Below are positions 56,273 through 64,000 of a DNA stretch of 64,000 nt, piece after piece. Numbering within the stretch: position 1 is the stretch's first letter; every line of letters starts with the position of its first letter. The position numbers were made by a program, and so were the translations under genes. Source of the DNA: an uncultured Gammaproteobacteria bacterium (GTDB lineage: Bacteria > Patescibacteriota > Microgenomatia > UBA12405 > JAHJSD01); NCBI GenBank assembly GCA_964498425.1, contig CAZCGQ010000001.1:5779-69778 (forward strand). Reading direction: 5' to 3'. The notes beneath the pieces are model-generated. The model ran no database searches and was not told the DNA's origin. It saw only the letters and a list, made by a program, of their open reading frames with translations.

Positions 56273-57070
56273 TCATAAAATTGAAGATTGAAGCAGACGC
56301 GTTTTATTCCATAGTTTACTTCTAATTAATTTATCCTCAAAAAATTCAGCCGGTATTCCCTTATCCTCAACAACTAAATCTGGAAATTTTTTTAATAAAT
56401 CAACTTTCATAGACTCTTTGTTTGATCTCCTTGCTGTCTCAACCAACCCTAGGAACTTTCTAAAATTATCTTCAATCTCGTGGGGCTTAAAAAGAGTTTT
56501 TATAATCTCCTCGTCCTTATTGTTGAAAAGACTCTTGGATTTAAAGCAAAATAAGTTAGGCTGGAACTGAACAAAAATTCCTTGAAGATATTCCCTAACA
56601 TCATTGATAGTCAACCATACCGATCTATGCAGTTGAACAAAACCTAACTTCACTAGCAAATTTCTAATATCACGCCGAGATGATTTTTGAGACTCTGGTA
56701 TGTCATAGGAAACTATTGTCCAACTGCCATCCCATTTTCTAGGTGCAGTAAAAAATCTAAACTTAAGATTAAAAACATCCTGCCACCATTTAGAATTCAG
56801 ATTAATATTTATTTTCTCATCTCTGTTGTTAAAGATACCTTCGTTTTTCAACCGATATAGAGAAGTACTTGCTGCAGATTTTTCCTTTCTGATCTTTTCT
56901 AAATATTCATTAAAAAATTGAAAGGGAAGGTTATGAATGGGTCGTCTATTTCCACGACAAAAATCACGTCCATGAATATTTATGTCGATAAGCAAAAGTA
57001 AACCCAAAATAATCGAATCCTTAAAGGTTATCGAAGAATACCAACGTGGAGTTTTAATTCCTTTTTGCAC
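56273..57070 (-). CDS. PaaX-family transcriptional regulator-like protein
   Basis: 265 aa. STSLYRLKNEGIF matches PaaX RTALFRLNKEGWL and RKWDGSWTIVSYDIPESQKSSRRDIRNLLVKLGFVQL matches PAWDGKWLLLLSEGLDKSTLADVKKQLIWQGFGAL. Cas2-like PaaX_C fold pattern. Confidence 0.55.
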   Translation of the reverse strand: MQKGIKTPRWYSSITFKDSIILGLLLLIDINIHGRDFCRGNRRPIHNLPFQFFNEYLEKIRKEKSAASTSLYRLKNEGIFNNRDEKININLNSKWWQDVFNLKFRFFTAPRKWDGSWTIVSYDIPESQKSSRRDIRNLLVKLGFVQLHRSVWLTINDVREYLQGIFVQFQPNLFCFKSKSLFNNKDEEIIKTLFKPHEIEDNFRKFLGLVETARRSNKESMKVDLLKKFPDLVVEDKGIPAEFFEDKLIRSKLWNKTRLLQSSIL

Positions 57071-57111
57071 TAATTAATTTCTATCACAAACCCCAAATTA
57101 TTTCAATTATT

Positions 57112-57148
57112 GCGCGATCGCGCATTTCGAGAAAAAAAATGGAGATGG
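57112..57148 (+). repeat. copy 3 of palindromic element (ttcaattattGCGCGATCGCGCATTTCGAGAAAAAAAA), perfect 14-nt palindrome
   Basis: Located about 40 nt upstream of the PaaX-like start codon on the minus strand. Same orientation as copy 2. Confidence 0.55.
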
Positions 57149-57153
57149 GGAAA

Positions 57154-58056
57154 TTAATTTTTGTCAAATAACTGATGCCAGAGAGAGAGTAAGGGAATAG
57201 CAGTGAAAGTTGAGGAATAAGTACCAGCTATCGTTCCAATCAATAAAGCAACAGCAAACCAATGAATGGTTGAGCCACCTAATACCGACAAAGCAACCAG
57301 CATGAAAATAATGGTTAAGCTATCATTAATTGATCTAACTAGTGTTTTATCTATTGCCTGGTTAGCAAGTTGATCAAAGCTATTTTTGGAATTATTTTTT
57401 ATTAGCTCCGCAATTCGATTATAAACAACTACAGTATCATGTACAGAAAAGGAAAGGGTAGTAATAATTACAGTAACTAGAAGAATCCCTATCTCTACTC
57501 CATAAAAGTAACCCAACAAAGAGTAACTACCAATCAAAATTAAACTGTCATGAATCATCGCCAAAATTGCACAAATACCAAAAGACTTGTCTTTAAACTG
57601 TAAAGTTACGTATATTAGTATACCTAAAATCGCTAATCCCAAGCTAATTCCAGTTTTTAGTAGTAACTCCTTACCCAAAGAAGGCCCCAAAGTCTCATAT
57701 CTAATTATTTCTATTGTTCCATAATCCTCTTCAAGATTACTGATTAACTGTTCCTTTTCATCTTCGGTAACAGGATCCAATCTCATCAAAATAGTCTTAT
57801 CCCCAGTCGTATGCAAACTTTCCAACTTCAAATCCATATTCATAATCATATTATTAATTTCTTTATTTTGGTCAAAAGTCCATTCCTCTTTGGTAGAAAC
57901 CTCTAGTAATGTGCCTCCTGTAAAATCAATTGCCGGATTTATACCCCAACGCGCCAAAGAATAAACCCCGGGAACAATGAAAACTAAAGATATCAAAAAA
58001 TATATCCAGCGATATTTTAACCAATCAATTTTCATCTTACTTTTTCCTCCTTGCAA
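57154..58056 (-). CDS. secF: protein translocase subunit SecF
   Basis: 300 aa. Six TM helices of the SecDF family. Overlaps secD. Confidence 0.9.
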   Translation of the reverse strand: MQGGKSKMKIDWLKYRWIYFLISLVFIVPGVYSLARWGINPAIDFTGGTLLEVSTKEEWTFDQNKEINNMIMNMDLKLESLHTTGDKTILMRLDPVTEDEKEQLISNLEEDYGTIEIIRYETLGPSLGKELLLKTGISLGLAILGILIYVTLQFKDKSFGICAILAMIHDSLILIGSYSLLGYFYGVEIGILLVTVIITTLSFSVHDTVVVYNRIAELIKNNSKNSFDQLANQAIDKTLVRSINDSLTIIFMLVALSVLGGSTIHWFAVALLIGTIAGTYSSTFTAIPLLSLWHQLFDKN

Positions 58057-59323
58057 AAACCCTTAATAATTCCCTAGTTATAATAAATTCGGTAAATAAT
58101 CCAACAAAAATACCTAACGCAAGTGTAACAGCAAATCCTCTCACCGCACTAGAGGAGTTTAAAAAGACCCAATCAAAAGGATTAAAAAGTAAAAAACTAA
58201 TAATCAGAGTACAAATGTCAGCATCCCGAATTGCATCCCAACCCCGGCCAAAACTTAGTTCCATCGCCGCATTCCAAGAACGCCCGTCCTTAGTTTCCTC
58301 TTTTATTCTCTCAAAGATTAAAATATTACTATCAACCGCCATACCAATTGAAATTAAAAAACCAGTAATTCCCGGTAAAGTTAAGGTTACTGGAATAAGT
58401 TTGTATAAGGTTAAAGTAATTAAACCATAAATAATCAAACCTAAAACAGCGATTAATCCCAACCAGCGATAATAGGCAATCATAAAAAGAATAACGGCCG
58501 ATAAACCAACTAAACCTGCTCGGAAACTTTTTTCTAACGACTCTTGCCCCAAAGAGGGCCCAATTTGACGCCGTTCAATTAGCTCAATAGAAACTGGCAG
58601 TGCTCCAGCATTTAACTGAGATGATAGCTGTTTCGCTTGCTCTAGATCGAAATCCCCACTAATTGAGGCTTTTCCTCCAGTAATTTTCTCATTAACCCGA
58701 GGAGCCGAAACCAACTGATCATCTAAAAATATTGCTAAGGGTTCACCAATATTGGCTTCAGTTATTTCTGCAAAAAGATCTCCTCCTTCTTTATTAAATT
58801 CCAAACCAACCTCGGGTTGCCCAGTATTAGGATTAAACTGGACTTCCGATCTAATCAAATGCCCTCCGGTAAGGTCTGTTTTTTTTCTAAAGACATCGTT
58901 AAGCGTGGCTGACTCCGTTGCTTCCGGCTCTAACTCTACTCTCTCTCGAAACTCTAGTTGTGCAGTCCTACCAATCAAATCCACGGCTTGATCAACATCA
59001 ACAATGCCGGGCAATTCAGCGATCAACCTATATTCCTCTCCAACTCGAGAAGTTTGTACAATTGTTTCGCTTACACCAAAATAATCTACACGCCGTTCTA
59101 TGTTTTTCTTTAGAGCCTCAAGTGCCTGATCCTTATCATCAGAAGAGATTTCCTCCATATCAGCCAAAAACATCAATTGAACTCCACCGGCTAAATCTAA
59201 ACCCTTAACTAAATCATATGATTGTAAGAATCTAAAAGGACGATATCTTTTAGGCAAATTAATAATAATTGCCACTAAAGTAACTAGAAAAATTAACCAG
59301 AGTAAATATTTTCTTTTTCGCAT
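58037..59323 (-). CDS. secD: protein translocase subunit SecD
   Basis: 428 aa. N-terminal TM, periplasmic domain, C-terminal TM bundle. Confidence 0.9.
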   Translation of the reverse strand: MRKRKYLLWLIFLVTLVAIIINLPKRYRPFRFLQSYDLVKGLDLAGGVQLMFLADMEEISSDDKDQALEALKKNIERRVDYFGVSETIVQTSRVGEEYRLIAELPGIVDVDQAVDLIGRTAQLEFRERVELEPEATESATLNDVFRKKTDLTGGHLIRSEVQFNPNTGQPEVGLEFNKEGGDLFAEITEANIGEPLAIFLDDQLVSAPRVNEKITGGKASISGDFDLEQAKQLSSQLNAGALPVSIELIERRQIGPSLGQESLEKSFRAGLVGLSAVILFMIAYYRWLGLIAVLGLIIYGLITLTLYKLIPVTLTLPGITGFLISIGMAVDSNILIFERIKEETKDGRSWNAAMELSFGRGWDAIRDADICTLIISFLLFNPFDWVFLNSSSAVRGFAVTLALGIFVGLFTEFIITRELLRVFARRKK

Positions 59324-59916
59324 TAGAATTCAACCATCTTTTGCTCGTCACCAATAACCATTACTCGACCTTGAAGTAAGATCTGAGTCAAAAATGGGTC
59401 CCGGTTCTTCTTACGATAGGAAAACTCCTCCTCTTCCATAACTGTATAATTAATTTCTCGTTGTCGAAATTTCTCCTCTTCCCGAACCAATGCACCCAAC
59501 TCTGGTAAAACCACTTGACCAACGATCAAAATCTCTATTTCATCATCTTTCGGCGGTCTCCCTCGAACGAACTTGCCAGAAAAAACAGCAAACTTTATTT
59601 GACCTAACTTCTTTTCCTGATTAATAATCTTCTTGCCTAATCCCTTGGTTTTCATTACCATTCCCAACAATTCCTGGTAAAAAACAAACTCCTGATTAGC
59701 CCAATAAAAACGCTTATTTCCCCGCCATTCGCTATTCAATACACCGGCCTTATCCAAATTTTGAAGCTCACGCCGAATTGAATTCAACTTCTCCCCGGTC
59801 ATCCGTGTTAACTGGCGGATATAGAACATTTCTTCAGGTTGATAATATAATTCTTGCAGAAGCTTTATCCTGGATTCGGAAACAATAATTTCTTTCAGAG
59901 AATTAGCTGGCTTCAT
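59323..59916 (-). CDS. winged-HTH domain protein, putative transcriptional regulator
   Basis: 197 aa. N-terminal wHTH-like segment LQELYYQPEEMFYIRQLTRMTGEKLNSIRRELQNLDKAGVL. No confident family. Confidence 0.35.
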   Translation of the reverse strand: MKPANSLKEIIVSESRIKLLQELYYQPEEMFYIRQLTRMTGEKLNSIRRELQNLDKAGVLNSEWRGNKRFYWANQEFVFYQELLGMVMKTKGLGKKIINQEKKLGQIKFAVFSGKFVRGRPPKDDEIEILIVGQVVLPELGALVREEEKFRQREINYTVMEEEEFSYRKKNRDPFLTQILLQGRVMVIGDEQKMVEF

Positions 59917-61093
59917 AGTCTACTTGATTTCCAAGAGGCAGGACTTCGATCCAAATTTGACCGCGATTGAATTTTACTTCATTGCCGGAATCATCGAAAA
60001 ATAAGGTTCTATCCTGACGTGAATCCTTTTGCCAACTACCCTCAATAACCTGCCCGTCCTGGAAAATTAATGCATCCCCGCTTCCAATCGTTTCATAAAC
60101 CAAGTGCTTATGCTTATCAACCGGTCCAATTTCCTCGGCAAACTGAACAACAACTACTTTGCTTTCAACTTGATCTCCAGTTAAAAACTCTTCATGAACC
60201 TCCCCGCCATTAAAACGTAAGTAAGAATTATCTTCCTGATTGTACTGCCAAGTTACCTGGTAGGCACTGTAACCTTCCCAGAAATTAAAACTGAATTCAT
60301 CAACATCTCCCCGCTGATCAGACTTGGCTTCATCCTTAAACTCCCAGGAAACAAAATCTTCTTCCCAGCCCTCAGTTACTCCCCGGTCCTTAGCCTCTTG
60401 CCATAAACTGGTCGTATCACAATACATTGTGTGTTCGGTAGCCTTAGCAACACCAGTTCTTTCGGGTTCCCGACGGCACTGTTGGTAAGACAAGGCAAAC
60501 TGATTCATGTCACTTCGGTGATCGCTATCCAACCAACCGTATTGACCGATCTGCTCTAAGGCTTGAGCCCGAGGGTCAGTTGTACACCGACCGCCTTCTT
60601 GACTACAATGTGCTCCGCCAACATGTACATATAATGGATAATCAGCATATTCCGAAGCCCAATCTAGAAAATAAGTCCGTGCCGATCGGACCGGCCCTAA
60701 ATCATACTCACGCTGATAGGGTTCAGTCGCCCGACAGTAATAAACCCCCATCAATCTGGTAATTCCACCTTCCGCTACCACTTCGTAAATCACATCGGCC
60801 CGGGATAAACCAGATTGCGGACGGGATTCTTCATGATTTTCAATCATCACTAATAACGGCCGACGCTCTTCCCAAATCTTCTTTTGTTCCTTAGTATATT
60901 TAGCCCCATTAATTGGGCAGACTTCTGTTCTTGGGCCTTGGAAAGTTTGTTGTTGATCAGGATTTTCCTCATCTACTACCGGCGTAACAATAGTTGAGGC
61001 CTGACCAAACTTAGAAAACACCCCAAATGAAACACCAGTGGTTAAAAAATAAACACCTAACCCGATTAAAATTAGTTTTGTTTTTTTATTCAT
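59903..61093 (-). CDS. DUF3048 (YerB-like) secreted/lipoprotein-like protein
   Basis: 396 aa. N-terminal TM. MIENHEESRPQSGLSRADVIYEVVAEGGITRLMGVYY matches the DUF3048 core. Confidence 0.5.
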   Translation of the reverse strand: MNKKTKLILIGLGVYFLTTGVSFGVFSKFGQASTIVTPVVDEENPDQQQTFQGPRTEVCPINGAKYTKEQKKIWEERRPLLVMIENHEESRPQSGLSRADVIYEVVAEGGITRLMGVYYCRATEPYQREYDLGPVRSARTYFLDWASEYADYPLYVHVGGAHCSQEGGRCTTDPRAQALEQIGQYGWLDSDHRSDMNQFALSYQQCRREPERTGVAKATEHTMYCDTTSLWQEAKDRGVTEGWEEDFVSWEFKDEAKSDQRGDVDEFSFNFWEGYSAYQVTWQYNQEDNSYLRFNGGEVHEEFLTGDQVESKVVVVQFAEEIGPVDKHKHLVYETIGSGDALIFQDGQVIEGSWQKDSRQDRTLFFDDSGNEVKFNRGQIWIEVLPLGNQVDYEAS

Positions 61094-61506
61094 TTTTTAG
61101 CTCTTGTTGCCTGCTTTACCGCCTTCTTTTCCTCTTCAGATAGCTTTACTTTACCATCTCCGACTACCTTTGTATATATTCTTGTTGCCTGACGTCCGTG
61201 CAAGCTAGTTATTACTATACCGCGGTTCTCATCGTCAAGCAAGGCCAAAGAAAAACTCTGGTCTCCACCCAGCTCAGCAAAAGGATTAAATTTTACTAAA
61301 CTTGACTTCTGAAAATGAAATTTACCATCCTCTTCAATTTTTTTCAACCGCTTTTCAATTGTCTCAAAGCCGCCTAGAACCTCTTTAAGCTGTTCCTTAT
61401 TAAATCCTTTACTAACCCGCCTAAATTCCCGGGCCATCCGCCATAACAAGTAAGATAAAGTTAAATTCCATACCCCAAGTACAACTAAAAAAGCTTCTAA
61501 TTTCAC
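61090..61506 (-). CDS. hypothetical membrane-anchored protein
   Basis: 138 aa. N-terminal TM. No recognised family. Confidence 0.3.
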   Translation of the reverse strand: MKLEAFLVVLGVWNLTLSYLLWRMAREFRRVSKGFNKEQLKEVLGGFETIEKRLKKIEEDGKFHFQKSSLVKFNPFAELGGDQSFSLALLDDENRGIVITSLHGRQATRIYTKVVGDGKVKLSEEEKKAVKQATRAKK

Positions 61507-61637
61507 CTTAAATTCATTTTACAATTCACATCTCTTTAATGTCAATAATGAAAACCTCCTTGCATTCTCTACCTAATGTGTGATATATTGTGCCTGTTAG
61601 TAACTCCTGCCTCAGGGAAAGGAGGTGAAATACAAAA

Positions 61638-61787
61638 ATGACCTTTTATTGTGTCAAGTGCCGCGAAAAAAAAGAAGTAGAAGACTTCAATGTGGAACAC
61701 GGAACTGCAAAGAATGGACGGCCTTTTGTTAAAGCAGAATGTCCAACATGCGGTACAAAAATGTTTAAATTCGTCAAAGCTGAGTAA
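61638..61787 (+). CDS. small zinc-ribbon protein (49 aa, CxxC...CxxC)
   Basis: Not in the ORF track (<60 aa). Strong SD GGAAAGGAGGTG 8 nt upstream. MTFYCVKCREKK...ECPTCGTKMFKF. Confidence 0.5.
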   Translation: MTFYCVKCREKKEVEDFNVEHGTAKNGRPFVKAECPTCGTKMFKFVKAE

Positions 61788-61799
61788 TAATAAATATTA

Positions 61800-61808
61800 T
61801 GGTATAAT
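61800..61808 (+). promoter_or_regulatory. extended -10 promoter (TGgTATAAT) of rnpB
   Basis: Ends 5 nt before the rnpB P1 start. Confidence 0.5.
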
Positions 61809-61812
61809 ATTT

Positions 61813-62100
61813 AGCAGGGTGGGATAGTTCACTCCGCAGTTGCGGGGAGGAAAGTCCAGACTCAAGAAGGCAAGGAAGAGATAGGGCCACAGAGACGAGC
61901 CATGTACCGTACTTTGTACTGGTGCGTGGGTGAAACGAGGCAACCCTCCCTTGAGCAATCTCAAATATCAGCTAGAAGCTGACCGGCCTCTGGTCGGGGC
62001 TAGGGAGCCTTCCCCTAAGGCCAGGTAGAGAGCTAAGATAAATGAACTAATCCTCGATTTAAGATCGGGAGAGAACAGAATCTGGCTTACTCACCCTGCT
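61813..62100 (+). ncRNA. rnpB: RNase P RNA (bacterial type, compact, about 288 nt)
   Basis: P1 is AGCAGGGTG/CACCCTGCT. P4 5' strand is GAGGAAAGTCCAGACTC. 3' conserved region is GATAAATGAACTAATCC...ACAGAATCTGGCTTAC with P4 covariation (CCAGA/TCTGG) relative to E. coli. Followed by a T5 run. Confidence 0.85.
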
Positions 62101-63124
62101 TTTTGAAGATTGGAATAAATTCTTTCGCAAAGACTTCAATTGTTAGATAAACCGGCAAAGATAGTATTGCGCCTGCAACTCCACCTAACTTAAAGCCAAT
62201 AGCTAAAGCAACAATTGTTATTAATGGGTTAACACCCAACGCCTTCTTAATCAGCATTGGAACCAAAAAGTTGCTTTCCAACTGTTGAACTATCTCGCTC
62301 CAAATAAAGGCCATTAAACCAATCAACGGTGACTGCAGCAGGCCTACAATTAAAGCCAAAAGAGCGGCAATGACTGGCCCAACATAAAGTAAAATCTCAA
62401 GAAGTCCAGCAATTATGGCTAATGGCAAGGCAAAATTCAGGTTTAAGATTCGAAAACCAATATAACTGAAAACTCCAATAATCGTCATTAACAAAAATTG
62501 AGTTCTAACCCATCCTCCAAGTCGTCTCTCCAGCTTGTCAATTACGCTGTTTGCCCGATCTTTCCCGTTTTGACCGAATAAATAAAGTAAAAACTCTTCC
62601 AAGTTTGCCCGTTCCATCAGCAAGTAAAAAGCCATAATTAAAACTCCGATAACCGAAGCAATGTTTGAGAGTATGGAAACTGAAAGTTTAAGAATTTGTG
62701 ATGGCAAGCCGCTTAATTCCTGAAGCTGGGCTTGAATTTTTGTTGAAGACAAACCAAAGGCCGACAAGCGGTCAGCCAAATCCATAACTGTTTGAATTAA
62801 ACTATCCGTTTGCTCAACCAACGGTGGAATTAAGCCAGCAATAGGCCCGGCAAACACTACAAAAATTAGTAAATAAAGCAGTAAAATACCCGCCCATCTC
62901 GGCAAGCCCCATTTCTCGATCCTATCGACAATTGGGTTCAAAGCCGCCATAAGAATAATCGCAATATAAAGGGCAAGCAGAATCGTTCTTATCTCATACA
63001 AAAAACGTAAAGAAAGTATAAATAAAACCGTAAAGATTATTGTTCGATGGGAGATTTCAATTTTTTTTGCTTCATCCATTGATTTAACTATACCAATTAT
63101 GGACCAACTTTTCCAAATCGTCAA
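62087..63124 (-). CDS. AI-2E family (UPF0118/PerM-like) transporter
   Basis: 345 aa. Eight TM helices in the characteristic family layout. 3' end overlaps the rnpB 3' end, convergently. Confidence 0.65.
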   Translation of the reverse strand: MTIWKSWSIIGIVKSMDEAKKIEISHRTIIFTVLFILSLRFLYEIRTILLALYIAIILMAALNPIVDRIEKWGLPRWAGILLLYLLIFVVFAGPIAGLIPPLVEQTDSLIQTVMDLADRLSAFGLSSTKIQAQLQELSGLPSQILKLSVSILSNIASVIGVLIMAFYLLMERANLEEFLLYLFGQNGKDRANSVIDKLERRLGGWVRTQFLLMTIIGVFSYIGFRILNLNFALPLAIIAGLLEILLYVGPVIAALLALIVGLLQSPLIGLMAFIWSEIVQQLESNFLVPMLIKKALGVNPLITIVALAIGFKLGGVAGAILSLPVYLTIEVFAKEFIPIFKKQGE

Positions 63125-64000
63125 ACCAGTTATCCTCCGTCACATCAAACCAACTTATTTCTTTATCCCGTTTAAACCAAGTCAGCTGTCGCCGAGCATA
63201 GCCGTGCTCATCGTATTTCCAACGTTGAATACAGTCCTGCAGTCTACGCTCCTGGAGCGTAGGTTTTTTCGCTCCTGGAGCAAATATACTTTGAAATTCT
63301 TTGTAAGCTAAAGTATTCATTCCCGGATCATCCCAACGATATCCCTTCGATAGCAACCCTTTTATTTCATCCAGTAATCCCTGTTCAAGCCGTTGGGCCA
63401 CTCGCTGGTCGATCCTTTCATAAATAACTTTCTTGGGCGCTTTTAAACCAATTTTTAAAACCTCTTCCCCACCCCATCCACCAGTACTATGGTTCGAACT
63501 ATGGTACTTTCCATCTTTTTTAGCCAAGGCTATTTCAATTTTCCTAATTAAGCGATGGGGATTATGTCTGTCTGACCGATTTAATCCCTGATAAACATCC
63601 GCATCCAGTTTCCTTAATCTAGCTTGAAGTTTATTTACTGACCAGTCTTTTAACTTCTGCCGAAGCTGATTATCAGGCGGAATGCCAATCGTATCAATCT
63701 CCTCAACTAAAGATTGGATATAAAAACCGGTCCCACCAGCAACAATTGGGAGTTTATTTTCATTCAGTAATTGCTTAATTACCTTTTCCGCTGCCTTATT
63801 CCAATCAGCAACAGTAACTTGTTTATCCGGCTCAGCCATATCCAACAGCCAAACCGGAATGGACTCAATTTCATAATACCCAACATCAAACTTATTTATT
63901 GAAAATTGTGAATTGAAAATTGCTGAATTTTTAATGTCTTTTCCTGTTCCAATATCCATTCCCTTATAAACCTGTCTGGAATCAGCGGAAATAATTTCTC
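63084..64000 (-). CDS. miaA: tRNA dimethylallyltransferase MiaA (5' end beyond window)
   Basis: ISADSRQVYKGMDIGTGK and PIVAGGTGFYIQSL MiaA motifs. Reading frame stays open to the window edge, so the P-loop N-terminus is missing. Confidence 0.85.
   Translation of the reverse strand, partial: EIISADSRQVYKGMDIGTGKDIKNSAIFNSQFSINKFDVGYYEIESIPVWLLDMAEPDKQVTVADWNKAAEKVIKQLLNENKLPIVAGGTGFYIQSLVEEIDTIGIPPDNQLRQKLKDWSVNKLQARLRKLDADVYQGLNRSDRHNPHRLIRKIEIALAKKDGKYHSSNHSTGGWGGEEVLKIGLKAPKKVIYERIDQRVAQRLEQGLLDEIKGLLSKGYRWDDPGMNTLAYKEFQSIFAPGAKKPTLQERRLQDCIQRWKYDEHGYARRQLTWFKRDKEISWFDVTEDNWFDDLEKLVHNWYS

Noticed and set aside
48110-57148. CRISPR array formed by the repeated palindromic elements
   Set aside because: Only three copies, separated by 8 kb and 0.85 kb, with no regular spacing and no cas genes. 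The Cas2-like stretch in the 56273-57070 protein is the PaaX C-terminal domain (WDGSW... matches PaaX WDGKW...), not Cas2.

Overview
The window is a gene-dense, mostly minus-strand-coded bacterial chromosome segment. It has short or overlapping gene junctions, many small hypothetical or membrane proteins, tRNA genes with no encoded 3' CCA, and a compact RNase P RNA. These traits are consistent with a reduced-genome lineage such as Patescibacteria/CPR, but that placement is inference only. Housekeeping content: rfbC-rfbD-rfbB (dTDP-rhamnose), ftsE-ftsX with an EnvC-like M23 peptidase, prfB, secA, serS, lysS, greA, lon, era, gltX, aspS, recJ, a CCA-adding enzyme, secD/secF, miaA (5'-truncated at the window end), tRNA-Glu(CUC), tRNA-Gln(CUG), a lone 5S rRNA, rnpB, several peptidases (M20, M29, M16, S66, S11) and a GldA/F/G-like ABC module. 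The most interesting region is a surface-protein island at about 3.1-12.4 kb. An archaeal/ER-type signal peptidase (SipW-like, SGSMEP and GDAN motifs) sits in one operon with a TasA/camelysin-like protein and is flanked by three more proteins carrying SipW-cognate signal peptides (AYFTDQ, SFFTDQ, SAFQDK, AVFNNK). One of these is a 658-aa lamin-tail-domain plus FN3 protein. The operon is driven by a near-consensus sigma70 promoter whose +1 region carries GTTCTTTAGAGAAC, an inverted pair of the Bacillus subtilis SinR half-site GTTCTYT. A tandem lamin-tail-domain gene nearby is split by a single in-frame TAG. Other observations: the FtsEX-associated M23 peptidase appears circularly permuted; a consensus promoter plus intrinsic terminator form a roughly 100-nt leader or sRNA upstream of greA; a ParB-like/sigma-region-4-HTH protein is fused in an operon with a sigma-70 factor; a GNAT gene is bracketed by a 22-bp duplication of the tRNA-Gln 3' end; a 30-nt palindromic element (TGCGCGATCGCGCA core) occurs three times, twice flanking a PaaX-like regulator; and a bacterial-type AspRS lacks the GAD insertion domain.
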